Part shown: positions 30,701-41,042 of the stretch, in pieces | Layout: every line of letters starts with the position of its first letter | Numbering within the stretch: position 1 is the stretch's first letter | Virus record (IMG/VR): IMGVR_UViG_3300045988_151351 | Span: 128,001-192,000 of that record | DNA: 64,000 bases | Source of the DNA: a virus | Reading direction: 5' to 3' (one strand) | Position numbers and translations under genes: made by a program | The notes under the pieces: generated by a model | Told to the model about the DNA's origin: nothing | Database searches by the model: none | The model's input: only the letters and a program-made list of their open reading frames with translations

Positions 30701-30967
30701 TTATTTATTATAATTATTATAACCCACCATAATAATAACTTTTACCTTTATCTTTCTCCTACTAATCCAAATTACCTCAGACTTATAATCCAATAGAGAA
30801 GAAATTGCCGAATGCCCCTCTCAGCGCAATTAACTCTTATGAAAAATTTCTTAACAAAATCTTGACAAAAGAAAAAATTTATTATATAATATAATTACAA
30901 AGTGAGGAACAACCTCCATCCTTTCAATTTTATTCTTTCTACTACCTTACTTTGTATTACAATTAAA

Positions 30968-31003
30968 TAAAAAAAATAACCGCTATTTCAGCGGTTATTT
31001 TTT
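30968..31003. terminator. bidirectional terminator (A8-AACCGCTATTTCAGCGGTT-T10)
   Basis: Hairpin flanked by A-run and T-run. Confidence 0.75.
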
Positions 31004-31005
31004 TT

Positions 31006-31371
31006 TTATGCTAACAAATCATCAATACTCAAAGCACTATATTCTTTAATCATAGCTTCTGCGAGAGTATGCTTATCTTCCAACATACACTCATGCTTAT
31101 CATAAAGAACATCATCCATAGACTGCGGCACTACTGCGCCTTTCTTTTTAGGAGTATATCTATATTGACTTACCGACTTAATACCACCATCACGCTTGAT
31201 AGTACCAACTACAAAGCCCTTATAAACAAGTTTCATGCCATCATCATACATAATAAAGACCATATCATCACAATCTTTATAACTATAAGTAGAAAGAGCA
31301 TATACAGGCAACCCTTTATAAGTACCTACTCTTTCATTATTATCCTTTAAAGTTTCATAGCAAAATTCCAT
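31006..31371 (-). CDS. hypothetical protein, 121 aa
   Basis: Intact ORF on the minus strand. Confidence 0.45.
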   Translation of the reverse strand: MEFCYETLKDNNERVGTYKGLPVYALSTYSYKDCDDMVFIMYDDGMKLVYKGFVVGTIKRDGGIKSVSQYRYTPKKKGAVVPQSMDDVLYDKHECMLEDKHTLAEAMIKEYSALSIDDLLA

Positions 31372-31520
31372 TTCAATTTTCTCTAAGGGTCCCTTTAAAT
31401 TTTCATTTCATTTTTTTAAACGCTACTTAGACTCTGGGAGTATTACCCCTTATAAAATGAATATACCCTTACTCCTTATATATATTATAACATAATTATA
31501 AATATAAATCAAATACACTC

Positions 31521-31790
31521 TTATAACTCATCACCATATACTTCATGGTAATAATCATACATACTATACTTAGCTGTACTATATCCATCTAACCAAGCAT
31601 TAGGATTACCATCTGTATATATATTATATGTTTTCTAGCTTTCTTTACATAATGCGGTTGGATTTATATATCCAATTATTCTCTATCTATATGCTTTAAT
31701 ACCTTCATCATCATATGGATAAATACCTAAATCTAATCCTATACTCATTATTGTTGAATCACTTAATTTATTTTCATCTAATTGTATCAT
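31521..31790 (-). CDS. small hypothetical protein, about 89 aa, 2 TAG codons
   Basis: Hand translation. Coordinates approximate to within 2 nt. Confidence 0.3.
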
Positions 31791-31791
31791 T

Positions 31792-32058
31792 TTATTTCTC
31801 CTTTAATTTATCTGTTGAAAAATAATATTTATCTTCATCTATTATTTTCATATATCCACATTCAATTAAATTAATAATAGCATCATTCATAGATTTTCTA
31901 ACTGTTCTACTTTTTACTTTATAATCTATATTTAACCAATTAGCATATTCCTACGGATTTACTATCCATTCCTATTTATTATAAAAGCAACTTAAAAATA
32001 AATATAACTTTAATCCACAGTGCTTTAATTCATTTACTACTTTACCATCTATTGCCAT
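31792..32058 (-). CDS. small winged-helix-like DNA-binding protein, about 88 aa, 2 TAG codons
   Basis: Hand translation. Helix-turn-helix-like segment. Confidence 0.3.
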
Positions 32059-32189
32059 TATTATTCCTCCCTTAACTCCCTCGAAAAAAATCTTGTATAG
32101 GATTTAAATGGCCCGAAGGGACATTTAAAGCCTATACCATCCTTACTTATATTACTTATTACTTAGATAAACTATGATTTTTTACCTAA

Positions 32190-33300
32190 TTTAATACGAA
32201 GCAACTATGAAAAATTACCTAAAGTGGGTATGAAAAATTACCTAACTAAATCTTTATAATCAAAGCAAAATTTCGTCAATCGCTTCTTCTAACTTTTACC
32301 ATCAAAAAAGCTAACATAATCTATTAATTCAGAATTACATAAAAATGTTAAAGCATTATTAACAATTTCATAACCACGAGTATTATTCTCTACTTTAATA
32401 CCACTATGTTCCCCTAACTCTTTTAAAGTAAATTCATACTATGTTCCTCGTTCCAATGCCCATTTATATCTCTAACCAAGATATACATAAATCTTTATAA
32501 TATGCTCTTTACAATTATCATTTATATACTATAAAGTCTTTAATGGAATTAAAAAATATATATTCTCCATTTCAGGTAACATATATTTATCTTCTTCTTC
32601 AATAACATAACCCTACTCAATTAAATAACTTAAATGTGATTTATAAGTCTTGGGGCTTTTGATACCTAATGTCTTACATATCTAAGACTATGAAGGTAAT
32701 GATTTCTTTAATACAAAAGTTCTAAATAAATTATTATCTTTATCTATTACTTCATAAGTAGATAAAGTCTATAAATAAGCATATAACTCACCATTAATTT
32801 TTTTATCATTTAAAAAAGTAAGAACTTCCATAGTAGTATTCGCCGGAAAGCGCTTTTTATCTTCAGCCAATTTAATATTGCCTCCTTTCATACTTTATTT
32901 AAAATCTAAATAGGTAAAATTAACGATTTTTACCCAACTAAATAAAAATAGGAAACTATGAAAAATTACCTAATCAGCACTTCGGTTTCCCGATCAGTGG
33001 CTATGAAAAATTACCTAAAATTTTAAATAAAAAGAGGAACATATGAAAAATTACCTAAAAATTTTACCTAATTTATCCACTTTAAATAAAAATAGGAAAC
33101 TATGAAAAATTACCTAATTTGGTTTTAAACACTTATTTATGACCAACTAATAGAAATTTTTGACCAAAACAATAGAAATTTTTGGACAAAAATATAGAAA
33201 ATTTTGACCATTTATCAGAAAATTTTGACCATTTTCATTTAAAACGACCATTTTATATTTTTATTAGAAACTATGAAAAATTACCTAATTTAACTAAAAT
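32190..33300. repeat. dispersed repeat CTATGAAAAATTACCTAA (at least 8 copies) and AGAAAATTTTGACCA (4 copies)
   Basis: Copies at about 32206, 32229, 32952, 33000, 33042, 33097 and 33279. TTTTGACCA copies at 33150-33240. Confidence 0.75.
32238..32891 (-). CDS. HTH transcriptional regulator, about 217 aa, about 8 TAG codons
   Basis: RBS GGAGGCAATATT. Hand translation gives SQICKTLGIKSPKTYKSHLSYLIEQGYVI, an HTH-like segment. Confidence 0.4.
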
Positions 33301-33390
33301 ATAACTAATTAAAAATTTACCAATTTGATTTTTAATAAAAAATAATATATAATATTTATAGAAAATGAAAAAAGAAAGGTATTGATAAAA

Positions 33391-33723
33391 ATGAGTATTG
33401 AATATTCCGCAGTTATTACACGCGGCTACCGCCTCAATGCCGCAGACATGAAATCTCTTACCAAAGATCAAATTCTAGAACTCTATAATACAGAATTTCT
33501 TAAAGACTACAATTTGGATATCGCCGGTTGGGAACATGATGAAAATTGGTACGGTGTTCTTGGCATTACTCTAGATTACTGCGATCAAGATAGCTATCCC
33601 GCAGAAATTGATCCTTCACATTACACTGATGAAGACCTCTTTATCAAAGACCTTTTATCACGTTATTTTCCTAATAAGAAAGACGCTGAAATTCACACCT
33701 ATCTAGGCGTAAAAATCTCATAA
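33391..33723 (+). CDS. hypothetical protein, about 110 aa; first gene of the middle block
   Basis: AT-rich promoter at 33335 and RBS AAAGAAAGGTATTGATAAAAATG. Confidence 0.45.
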   Translation: MSIEYSAVITRGYRLNAADMKSLTKDQILELYNTEFLKDYNLDIAGWEHDENWYGVLGITLDYCDQDSYPAEIDPSHYTDEDLFIKDLLSRYFPNKKDAEIHTYLGVKIS

Positions 33724-33734
33724 GGAGAAACCGC

Positions 33735-34193
33735 ATGATTACAACTTGTCATCAATGCGCATATTCAAAAGATAAAACTGGCGCATATTCATTGTGCGTG
33801 CTCTTGGGCAAAAATGTTCAATTAGATTCTCCCAGTTGTGGTGAATTTTATCGTATTAAATATAATTGTACTTCATGCGGTAAACAGATTTATCATAAAG
33901 AAGTTTTATTCTATAATGATAAGCCTTTTTGTAAAGAATGCGCAGCCAAGTTTAGTAGTTGCGCGCACTGTAAATTTTCTGGCAATTGCGCCTTTGAAGA
34001 AGATCCAAATCCAATTCCAAAACTTATCCAACAGCAAGTGCGTATGCCACAAGGCATTGCCGTGAAAACAGTAATGAATCCGAAGCGTATTGAAATTACG
34101 TGCGCACGGAATTGTTCTTGTTTCGACAAAGAAAATAAAGAATGTAATAGAAATTATAAAGTATGTAGCGATTATAGCGAGAAGGAGTATTAA
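33735..34193 (+). CDS. Cys-rich multi-zinc-ribbon protein, 152 aa
   Basis: At least 6 CxxC pairs. Confidence 0.45.
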   Translation: MITTCHQCAYSKDKTGAYSLCVLLGKNVQLDSPSCGEFYRIKYNCTSCGKQIYHKEVLFYNDKPFCKECAAKFSSCAHCKFSGNCAFEEDPNPIPKLIQQQVRMPQGIAVKTVMNPKRIEITCARNCSCFDKENKECNRNYKVCSDYSEKEY

Positions 34194-34195
34194 AA

Positions 34196-34704
34196 TGTGG
34201 CTTTGGTTTGTTATTACTGGCATAATTATTATTCTCCTAGTAGGTAATACAATTTATTGGGAAGAAGGCATTGGTACTGTTATTTTAACTATCATTGGCG
34301 GAATAGTGATCGGCGCCCTTGTTTGCGGAATGCTCGCATTCCTTATCGGCGGCGTTATTAGTAATAATTCAGATATTATGATAGATACTATCGAATCTAA
34401 TAATGAAATCATCGCATTAGCAGATAATAATCAAACTTATTTGTATCGTTCTGCCGATAAAAATAATAATATTAGATACAATTATATGATTAAAACAGAG
34501 CGTGGTTATCTCACTCAGAGTGTCCTAGCAAATCGCGCCTATATTATCGAAACTGATGATAAAACACCAAGTGTAGAAACACATCAAATAACTTATAAAT
34601 CTAAATTCCTGCGTAAGCATTTTTTCAATGACAACGCTCCATATTATTATATTTATGTTCCAAAAGGCACAATTATAGGAGGATTTACAATTGACTTACA
34701 ATAA
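34196..34704 (+). CDS. membrane protein, about 169 aa
   Basis: Two N-terminal TM helices. Confidence 0.45.
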
Positions 34705-34814
34705 GACAGAATGGTGGCAGAGCCTTTTTGATCCTAATAAAGATTATTATTGTTAATCTTTTATAATATTATTATACATAAAAAAATCTATAAAATCAAT
34801 ATAAGGAGAATTAT

Positions 34815-35222
34815 ATGTTATTGCTTATTGGCGCAATTGTTCTTTGTATTATTTCATATTTTATTATGAAAGCTACTGAAGATAGGTATAAAGAACCAGC
34901 TCTTGTTTTAAATATCATTTTTACCGTTTTATTCATTCTTATGGTTATTTGTGTTATTGTTTGTCTAGTGGTAATTATCGGAAATCAGATTGCTGGTATT
35001 GCTACTGCTCAAGCTCTTGAAGTTCAACGTAATTCACTTGTCTATCAGTATAATAACCAGCTTTATCTTAATGATATTAATTATGGCGCAAATGAATTGT
35101 TTAATCAGATTACAGAATTTAATGAGCGTGTACGTGGTAAGCAAGCAATGGCAGAGAACCTTTGGACAAATTGGTTCGTTCCATCTTGTTGGAAAAATGT
35201 CGAATTGATTCCTTTTAATTAA
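34815..35222 (+). CDS. membrane protein, 135 aa
   Basis: Two TM helices. Confidence 0.45.
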   Translation: MLLLIGAIVLCIISYFIMKATEDRYKEPALVLNIIFTVLFILMVICVIVCLVVIIGNQIAGIATAQALEVQRNSLVYQYNNQLYLNDINYGANELFNQITEFNERVRGKQAMAENLWTNWFVPSCWKNVELIPFN

Positions 35223-35449
35223 CTATTAAAGGTCTTTTGGTTATTACCAAAAGACCTTTATTGATTTTTTATAAAAAATATATTATAATATTTATATAAA
35301 ATAAAGAAAATAATAAAGAAGGTACGATTTATGAAGAAAACTATTTTTTTGAGTGATTATGAAATGTTTACGAACTTTATTATGAATAATTTTCTTGAAA
35401 CTCTCCGAGGTGAGGGTATTCTTATTGATCTGGGTTAAGGAGAATTAAG

Positions 35450-35686
35450 ATGTTTTATAGATATAAAGTTAAGTTTTATGATGAAGTAAATCATAAAGAT
35501 GATTCCCAATGTGGAATCGTTCATAGTGAAGAGGATAGCGGCACGGGTTATCAAGATGCTATTATGAAAGTGTGGCGTCATTACGATAATATTAATGAGA
35601 TCACTCTCGCGGAGCTGTCTGATAATTCGTGTCTTATTGTTGATAGTGACGCCTTGCGAGAAATTGAAGATAATGTAAACTGGTGA
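35450..35686 (+). CDS. hypothetical protein, 78 aa
   Basis: RBS AAGGAGAATTAAG. Confidence 0.4.
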   Translation: MFYRYKVKFYDEVNHKDDSQCGIVHSEEDSGTGYQDAIMKVWRHYDNINEITLAELSDNSCLIVDSDALREIEDNVNW

Positions 35687-35705
35687 AAGGGGCACTTGGG
35701 CAAAA

Positions 35706-35912
35706 ATGTTTAATCGTATTAAGAATTGGCTGAAAAATCCGTCTATCTGTATATATGAAGTCGGTGTTCGCTTTAAGGACGAAAATCTTAATTTGTCTGA
35801 ATATTTTTTGACCCATAAAAGTGCGGAAAAGTATGTAGAAAAGTGGAACAATGAGAACAAAGATAAGGAGTTTAGTCTTTTCCTTGGAGGAGTTCCACTT
35901 TATCTCTGGTAA
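35706..35912 (+). CDS. hypothetical protein, 68 aa
   Basis: Intact ORF. Confidence 0.35.
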   Translation: MFNRIKNWLKNPSICIYEVGVRFKDENLNLSEYFLTHKSAEKYVEKWNNENKDKEFSLFLGGVPLYLW

Positions 35913-35933
35913 ATAATTAAAAGGAGGTATAAT

Positions 35934-36665
35934 ATGGTTCCCGGTCTTTATAATTGTTTTGATAATTGGGGCAAAAAGGGCGCTGTATGGCTGATGGGCG
36001 ATACGCATTTTGGTGATCGCGATATTAAATCTGGCTTTACAAAGCGTCCAACAGATGAAGAATTAATTACAAACATTAATAACAAAGTTGGTAAGCATGA
36101 TACTTTTATTCTGCTTGGCGATGTAGGTGATATTTCTTGTGTGCGCAAGCTCAAAGGATATAAGATTCTTATTCTTGGAAACCATGATACTGGTCGGTCT
36201 AACTATGAGCGCAAGATTGTAACTGAAAAATTCGATAAGGAAAAGTATCAGAAGGATGAAGCACTCCTTGAAATGAAACGGCTTTATCCTCATTGTAAGT
36301 ACGAAGTTGATGAAAGTCATGGCTTTCAGTCACCTTTTGAGTATTGGACTGTAAGCGCAGATAACTGTCTTTTTGATGAAGTATATGAAGGCGTTCTTAC
36401 TATTGGACCAAAGCTTATTCTATCTCATGAACCGCTTGAAGGTATAGAATGGGCATTAAATATCCATGGACACGATCATTCTGGAGGCGGATTTAAAGAC
36501 AAATATCATAAAAACTGCTGTGCTGATGTAATTGGTTATACCCCTATCCATCTCACTCAGCTTATTAAGAGTGGTCCTCTCGCGCAGATTCCTTCTGTCC
36601 ATCGTATTACTATTGATAAGGCAACCAAAAGAGCAAAAGCACGAAAGAAGGGTAAAAAAAAGTAA
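35934..36665 (+). CDS. calcineurin-like metallophosphoesterase, 243 aa
   Basis: GDTHFG, GDVGD, GNHD and GHDH motifs. Confidence 0.6.
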   Translation: MVPGLYNCFDNWGKKGAVWLMGDTHFGDRDIKSGFTKRPTDEELITNINNKVGKHDTFILLGDVGDISCVRKLKGYKILILGNHDTGRSNYERKIVTEKFDKEKYQKDEALLEMKRLYPHCKYEVDESHGFQSPFEYWTVSADNCLFDEVYEGVLTIGPKLILSHEPLEGIEWALNIHGHDHSGGGFKDKYHKNCCADVIGYTPIHLTQLIKSGPLAQIPSVHRITIDKATKRAKARKKGKKK

Positions 36666-36947
36666 TGAATATTTCTGAGTATCTTGATATATGTAGCGAT
36701 TTGCGACATTAGATTGCGGATTATGATAATAAAATTCTTGAACTCTTAGAGACAAGAATTAATTTATCTAAAAATTTAATTAAAATTAAATTATCTCAAA
36801 ACCAAAATGCTTATGATCCAATAGTAGAAGATAAAAAGATAGAAACATTGTGTGCGCAAACCGCGTACCCTGACTTGGTTAAAATTATTTGGCCCCTCAT
36901 TATGTTATATTGCCGCGCTTCAGAAGGTCTTAATGAAAATTAAGACC
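36666..36947 (+). CDS. AroQ-type chorismate-mutase-like protein, about 93 aa, 1 TAG codon
   Basis: EYLDICSDLR-x-IADYDNKILELLETRINLSKNLIKIK matches the AroQ helix-1 pattern (R..IDxxDxxLLxLLxxR). Confidence 0.35.
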
Positions 36948-37006
36948 TTCTTTGATTTTTTATAAAAAATATAATATAATATAAATAGAAAGTGAGGGAA
37001 TGATAA

Positions 37007-37270
37007 ATGTTAGTAAAGATACAGCTATCTGAGGAAGAATATATTTATTTAAATCTGGCACAAACTATTATAGTGCATTTTTCAAAGGAAGATTTTACGA
37101 TTTATATTCGTTCAGCATACTCTACTGCTACATATCATTTTGAAAATGAGATTTTTTATTCAGATGCGCAAGACCTTATTGATGAATATACCCTTCATCC
37201 TTTGGAAAAAAATGATACTGAGAAGTATAGACTTGATGTAAATACTGGGATTTGGTACGGGGAGGATTAA
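37007..37270 (+). CDS. hypothetical protein, 87 aa
   Basis: Promoter at 36950. Confidence 0.4.
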   Translation: MLVKIQLSEEEYIYLNLAQTIIVHFSKEDFTIYIRSAYSTATYHFENEIFYSDAQDLIDEYTLHPLEKNDTEKYRLDVNTGIWYGED

Positions 37271-37271
37271 T

Positions 37272-37550
37272 ATGACAGTTGGTATTCTTGAAATTGATGA
37301 TAATTATGGCGATATGTGTAATCGGCAGGTGTTTACCAATGTTTCATGGGAAGATTTGATGGAACTTGCTTGCGATTATATTAATGAAGAAATCGAAGAA
37401 TCTATTATGTATTCTCAGCAATTAGAATATGAAGGCGATATCTTCCCCTACGATTGGTGGTATGGAATGACTAAGAATGAAATGTTTGTTTATCTTAGTG
37501 CGCGATGCTTTCTTGATGTTTATGAAGCTATTGAATTTAATCAGGATTAA
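37272..37550 (+). CDS. hypothetical acidic protein, 92 aa
   Basis: Intact ORF. Confidence 0.4.
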   Translation: MTVGILEIDDNYGDMCNRQVFTNVSWEDLMELACDYINEEIEESIMYSQQLEYEGDIFPYDWWYGMTKNEMFVYLSARCFLDVYEAIEFNQD

Positions 37551-37562
37551 GGAGAAAATAAA

Positions 37563-38234
37563 ATGAAAAAGATTATAGCGGTAATTTTTACGATTGTTCT
37601 TCTTCTCAATCTTTGTGCGTGTGCCGATGTTAGCACCATTACTATGGATGCTTCAAGCTCAGAGACCGGTGATGCAGTAAAAATTTCTTACGTCGCTGAT
37701 TTTTATGATAATTATGGCGATCAATGGCTGAGTGTTGAAGGCAATAGTTTTAATATCTCTCCTAATAAGGTTAAGGAATACGCTTATGATAGTGATGGCA
37801 GTTGGATTTCTAGCTGGACCACTTCTTCTGTAATGTCTATTGATATTGATGGTAATAAGATTGAGTCGTGCGGTTCAACTGTTTTGTTCTATGATACTCG
37901 ACTTGAAAAAATTGATATTGATATTCCGCAGAATGTTGATTTAACTACTGAGAATAGTTATAGCGTTACTACTCCGAGTGATCTGCGCGCTAGTGATTAT
38001 TGGAGTTTAAATTGGTGGTTTATTACTAAAAATCAAAGTAATACTACTGTGCGCTCTCGTATGGTTATTATTCAGTCGCAGAATGGCGATCCGATTTGTA
38101 TGTTCAATGGCGATAATGTTTCTTGGGAAGTTTCTCGTAATTTGCCGAAGACCACTGAAATTATGATTGATGGTATGCCGGTTTATGTCCATCGCGCAAA
38201 TTTCGCCATTGTTGATTTGAGCGTTTTTAATTAA
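37563..38234 (+). CDS. lipoprotein, 223 aa
   Basis: Signal peptide with LNLCAC lipobox. Confidence 0.5.
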   Translation: MKKIIAVIFTIVLLLNLCACADVSTITMDASSSETGDAVKISYVADFYDNYGDQWLSVEGNSFNISPNKVKEYAYDSDGSWISSWTTSSVMSIDIDGNKIESCGSTVLFYDTRLEKIDIDIPQNVDLTTENSYSVTTPSDLRASDYWSLNWWFITKNQSNTTVRSRMVIIQSQNGDPICMFNGDNVSWEVSRNLPKTTEIMIDGMPVYVHRANFAIVDLSVFN

Positions 38235-38337
38235 TATATATAAAAATCAAAGCTATTCAAAAGAATAGCTTTGATTTTTTATAAAAAATATATTATAATA
38301 TTATTATAAAAGATAAGAAATGAAAGGAATTGATATT

Positions 38338-39048
38338 ATGCCGGTTGCTAAGAGTTTTCAGTCTTATACTCAGGTTGGTGACATTTTCATGTCAGGTGGT
38401 AAACAGTATGTAAATATGAAGAATCCTTCGACTGGCACAATTCGTAAGTGCCGCTGGTATAGCGATACTGAGTATGCGCGGTATTATCCAGAAGTCAAAG
38501 TAATTAAGGCAGGCAAGACTCAGAAAGAAGTTCTTGGTTTTGAAAAGGGCTATATTACTATCTTCAAGGGTAATTGTTACGAGGACCGCGAATGGTTTAA
38601 GCAGTCTTCTGCTCGCTATACTCGTTTGTGGGGTTGGTATTTCATTTCTACTGAAGAACTGCCTGCGGATTTGCCGACTGATGTGACTCCTATCCAGTTA
38701 AAGTGGGAAGATGTTGGCGGCGAAGATGGTAAGTTGTTCTCTGATGCCAAGGTAAAGGCATTTGTTGATACTCTACTTTATGATGAAGATCCGAGTGAAT
38801 ATGTTGGTGAAATTGGTCAGCGTATTGAACTTACTGTTACTGTCGTAAAGACTTATGACGTTGATGGACAGTTCGGTGTAGCTACGATGCATACTTTCAA
38901 AGATGAAAATGATAACATTTTCCTTTGGACAACTGCTTCCAAGAAATGGGAAGTAGGTACTGTTCATCATATTCGTGGTACAGTTAAAGATCATAAAATG
39001 TTTAGAAATTGTAAGGAAACTATTCTCTCAAGATGTATGGAGATTTAA
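38338..39048 (+). CDS. hypothetical protein, about 236 aa
   Basis: Promoter at 38270 and RBS GAAAGGAATTGATATTATG. Confidence 0.45.
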   Translation: MPVAKSFQSYTQVGDIFMSGGKQYVNMKNPSTGTIRKCRWYSDTEYARYYPEVKVIKAGKTQKEVLGFEKGYITIFKGNCYEDREWFKQSSARYTRLWGWYFISTEELPADLPTDVTPIQLKWEDVGGEDGKLFSDAKVKAFVDTLLYDEDPSEYVGEIGQRIELTVTVVKTYDVDGQFGVATMHTFKDENDNIFLWTTASKKWEVGTVHHIRGTVKDHKMFRNCKETILSRCMEI

Positions 39049-39049
39049 T

Positions 39050-39385
39050 ATGGGAAAAGTAAAAGAATATTACACTGACGAAGATATGTTGGAAGCTCTT
39101 GGCGTAATTCGACACAAGAAAAATATCTATACTATTATGCAAGATATTTTTAAAGAATATGAAGTAACCAGCATGGAGAATAATTCTCATTATGAGACTC
39201 ACAGATGCCGTAATGGAGCGATTTCTGACCTTATGAAAACGCTGAATAGTTATGGGTATAAATATGGGGTTGATTTTACATGGTATCCTAATTTTTGGAA
39301 TAGTTATGTATTTGCTTGGACTGAAAATAAGGCTATTTTCATTACTGTGATTGAGGAAGGATGGAAGGAAAATGTCAAAGCGTAA
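39050..39385 (+). CDS. hypothetical protein, about 111 aa
   Basis: ATG at 39050. Confidence 0.35.
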   Translation: MGKVKEYYTDEDMLEALGVIRHKKNIYTIMQDIFKEYEVTSMENNSHYETHRCRNGAISDLMKTLNSYGYKYGVDFTWYPNFWNSYVFAWTENKAIFITVIEEGWKENVKA

Positions 39386-39797
39386 AAATTATTTTTGTGA
39401 TTGTATTCGGAATAAGGATAAAACTTATTGGGAAGGATCTCATAGTTCCAAGAGTAAGCAGAATCTGAAGCGGAAAATTGTAAAGGTAATTAAAGATCTA
39501 AATGACAGCGTTCTTCGTGACAATCTGTGGCGTGGGCGTTTTTATGTAACCTGCGATTCGATTCAATATACTAATTATAGTGATGGTAGTGGCACTTATG
39601 GTTGGGTTTATCTAACTTTTTGTGATTTGGCTACTGGACAGGTTTCTCAGGTTATGTTTAATGATTTTGATTTTACTATGTTCAATGGCTATAAAGTATG
39701 GGAAAGATTGAATTCTTTTGTTGTAGATGATTGCGATGTTTGGCGCAATAAAGATATCAATGTCTATGCCGATAAGACCGTGTATCGTACCATTTAA
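39372..39797 (+). CDS. hypothetical protein, about 141 aa
   Basis: ATG at 39372. Confidence 0.35.
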   Translation: MSKRKNYFCDCIRNKDKTYWEGSHSSKSKQNLKRKIVKVIKDLNDSVLRDNLWRGRFYVTCDSIQYTNYSDGSGTYGWVYLTFCDLATGQVSQVMFNDFDFTMFNGYKVWERLNSFVVDDCDVWRNKDINVYADKTVYRTI

Positions 39798-39808
39798 GGA
39801 GAATTAAT

Positions 39809-40267
39809 ATGCTTATTGTATTTTTTGTAATTTGCCTCGTTTGTATTAGTTTGGGTATTATCCTCTGGTTTAAGAAGCCTTATTCTGATGCCGGTCCTAC
39901 AGTGTTTGCCATTTCACTTATTGTGCTTGTTGTTGTAATAATTTGTTGTCTTTTTAATGTAAATAAAATTGTTAAAGCTAATACACTTGAGCAAAAAATT
40001 ACTGTATATCAGGAAGAAATGACTAATATTGAAAATAGTATTAATCCTGTTGTTCAAAATTATTTAGACCATGAAAAAGAGACTTATACTGCGCTGACTC
40101 CTGATAATGCTGTTATTTTTGCTTCTATTTATCCTGAATTGTCTAGTAATGAAATTGTTCAGAAGCAACTAAATATTTATAATGAGTATTTAATTTCAAT
40201 TAAAAATCTAAAATTGGAAATCGCTGAAATCTCTACCGCGAAATGGTGGTTGTATTTTGGGCAATAA
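39809..40267 (+). CDS. membrane protein, 152 aa
   Basis: N-terminal TM helices. Confidence 0.45.
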   Translation: MLIVFFVICLVCISLGIILWFKKPYSDAGPTVFAISLIVLVVVIICCLFNVNKIVKANTLEQKITVYQEEMTNIENSINPVVQNYLDHEKETYTALTPDNAVIFASIYPELSSNEIVQKQLNIYNEYLISIKNLKLEIAEISTAKWWLYFGQ

Positions 40268-40565
40268 ATTTGGGAAATTAATTAGTCATCTTGTAGATGC
40301 TTTTGTGCTCGCAGTTATGATTGCTGTTATTGTAGTTTTGATATTGCGATAAGGAGGTTAATTATGGATTGTGATCCTGCGGTTCTTGGACTTCTTGCCT
40401 GTATTTGTATTATGGGGATTGCTTTCGCTTTAGATTATTGGCACCGAGTGAAATAATAAAAGGGAGGAGATAATCCTCCCTTTTTTGATTTTATAAAAAA
40501 TAAATGATATAATATATATGTAAGATAAAGAAAGAGATAAATGAAATAAAGGAGAGTGCGTAGAT

Positions 40566-40796
40566 ATGGAATATTGCTATTTTACTTACACAGTTGGTAT
40601 CCGTCATGGTGATGAAGTCGAATATTTTTATGGTATTACGACTGGCGAAGATTATAGCGATGCTATGGGCAATGTTTATGAGGAATATTGCACTAAGGAT
40701 ATTACACAGATTATCATTGAAGATTTTGATAATCGCGCTTGCCTTGAAATGACTAAGAGCGCTTTGGAAGATTTTAAGAACGCAGTTAATTTTTAA
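40566..40796 (+). CDS. hypothetical acidic protein, 76 aa
   Basis: Promoter at 40485. Confidence 0.4.
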   Translation: MEYCYFTYTVGIRHGDEVEYFYGITTGEDYSDAMGNVYEEYCTKDITQIIIEDFDNRACLEMTKSALEDFKNAVNF

Positions 40797-40806
40797 GGAG
40801 GGTAAT

Positions 40807-41031
40807 ATGTATCACCATAGCAATCATTGCGCATTTGATTTATGGAGTCCAGTAGTTGATGATTGCGCTGTAGAAAATAGAGCATTTTCTGCTTACGCAT
40901 TTCATACTTCTGAGATTGAAAATATTATTGATAAAATTTGCGCGGGTGAGACTGAAATTACAGTTTCGAGTTTCTTGTCGCAAAGCGACCTTGATTATAT
41001 TAAAAGCGAGGTTGAACGAAGAATGAATTAG
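40807..41031 (+). CDS. hypothetical protein, 74 aa
   Basis: Intact ORF. Confidence 0.4.
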   Translation: MYHHSNHCAFDLWSPVVDDCAVENRAFSAYAFHTSEIENIIDKICAGETEITVSSFLSQSDLDYIKSEVERRMN

Positions 41032-41042
41032 GAGTTAGATAA

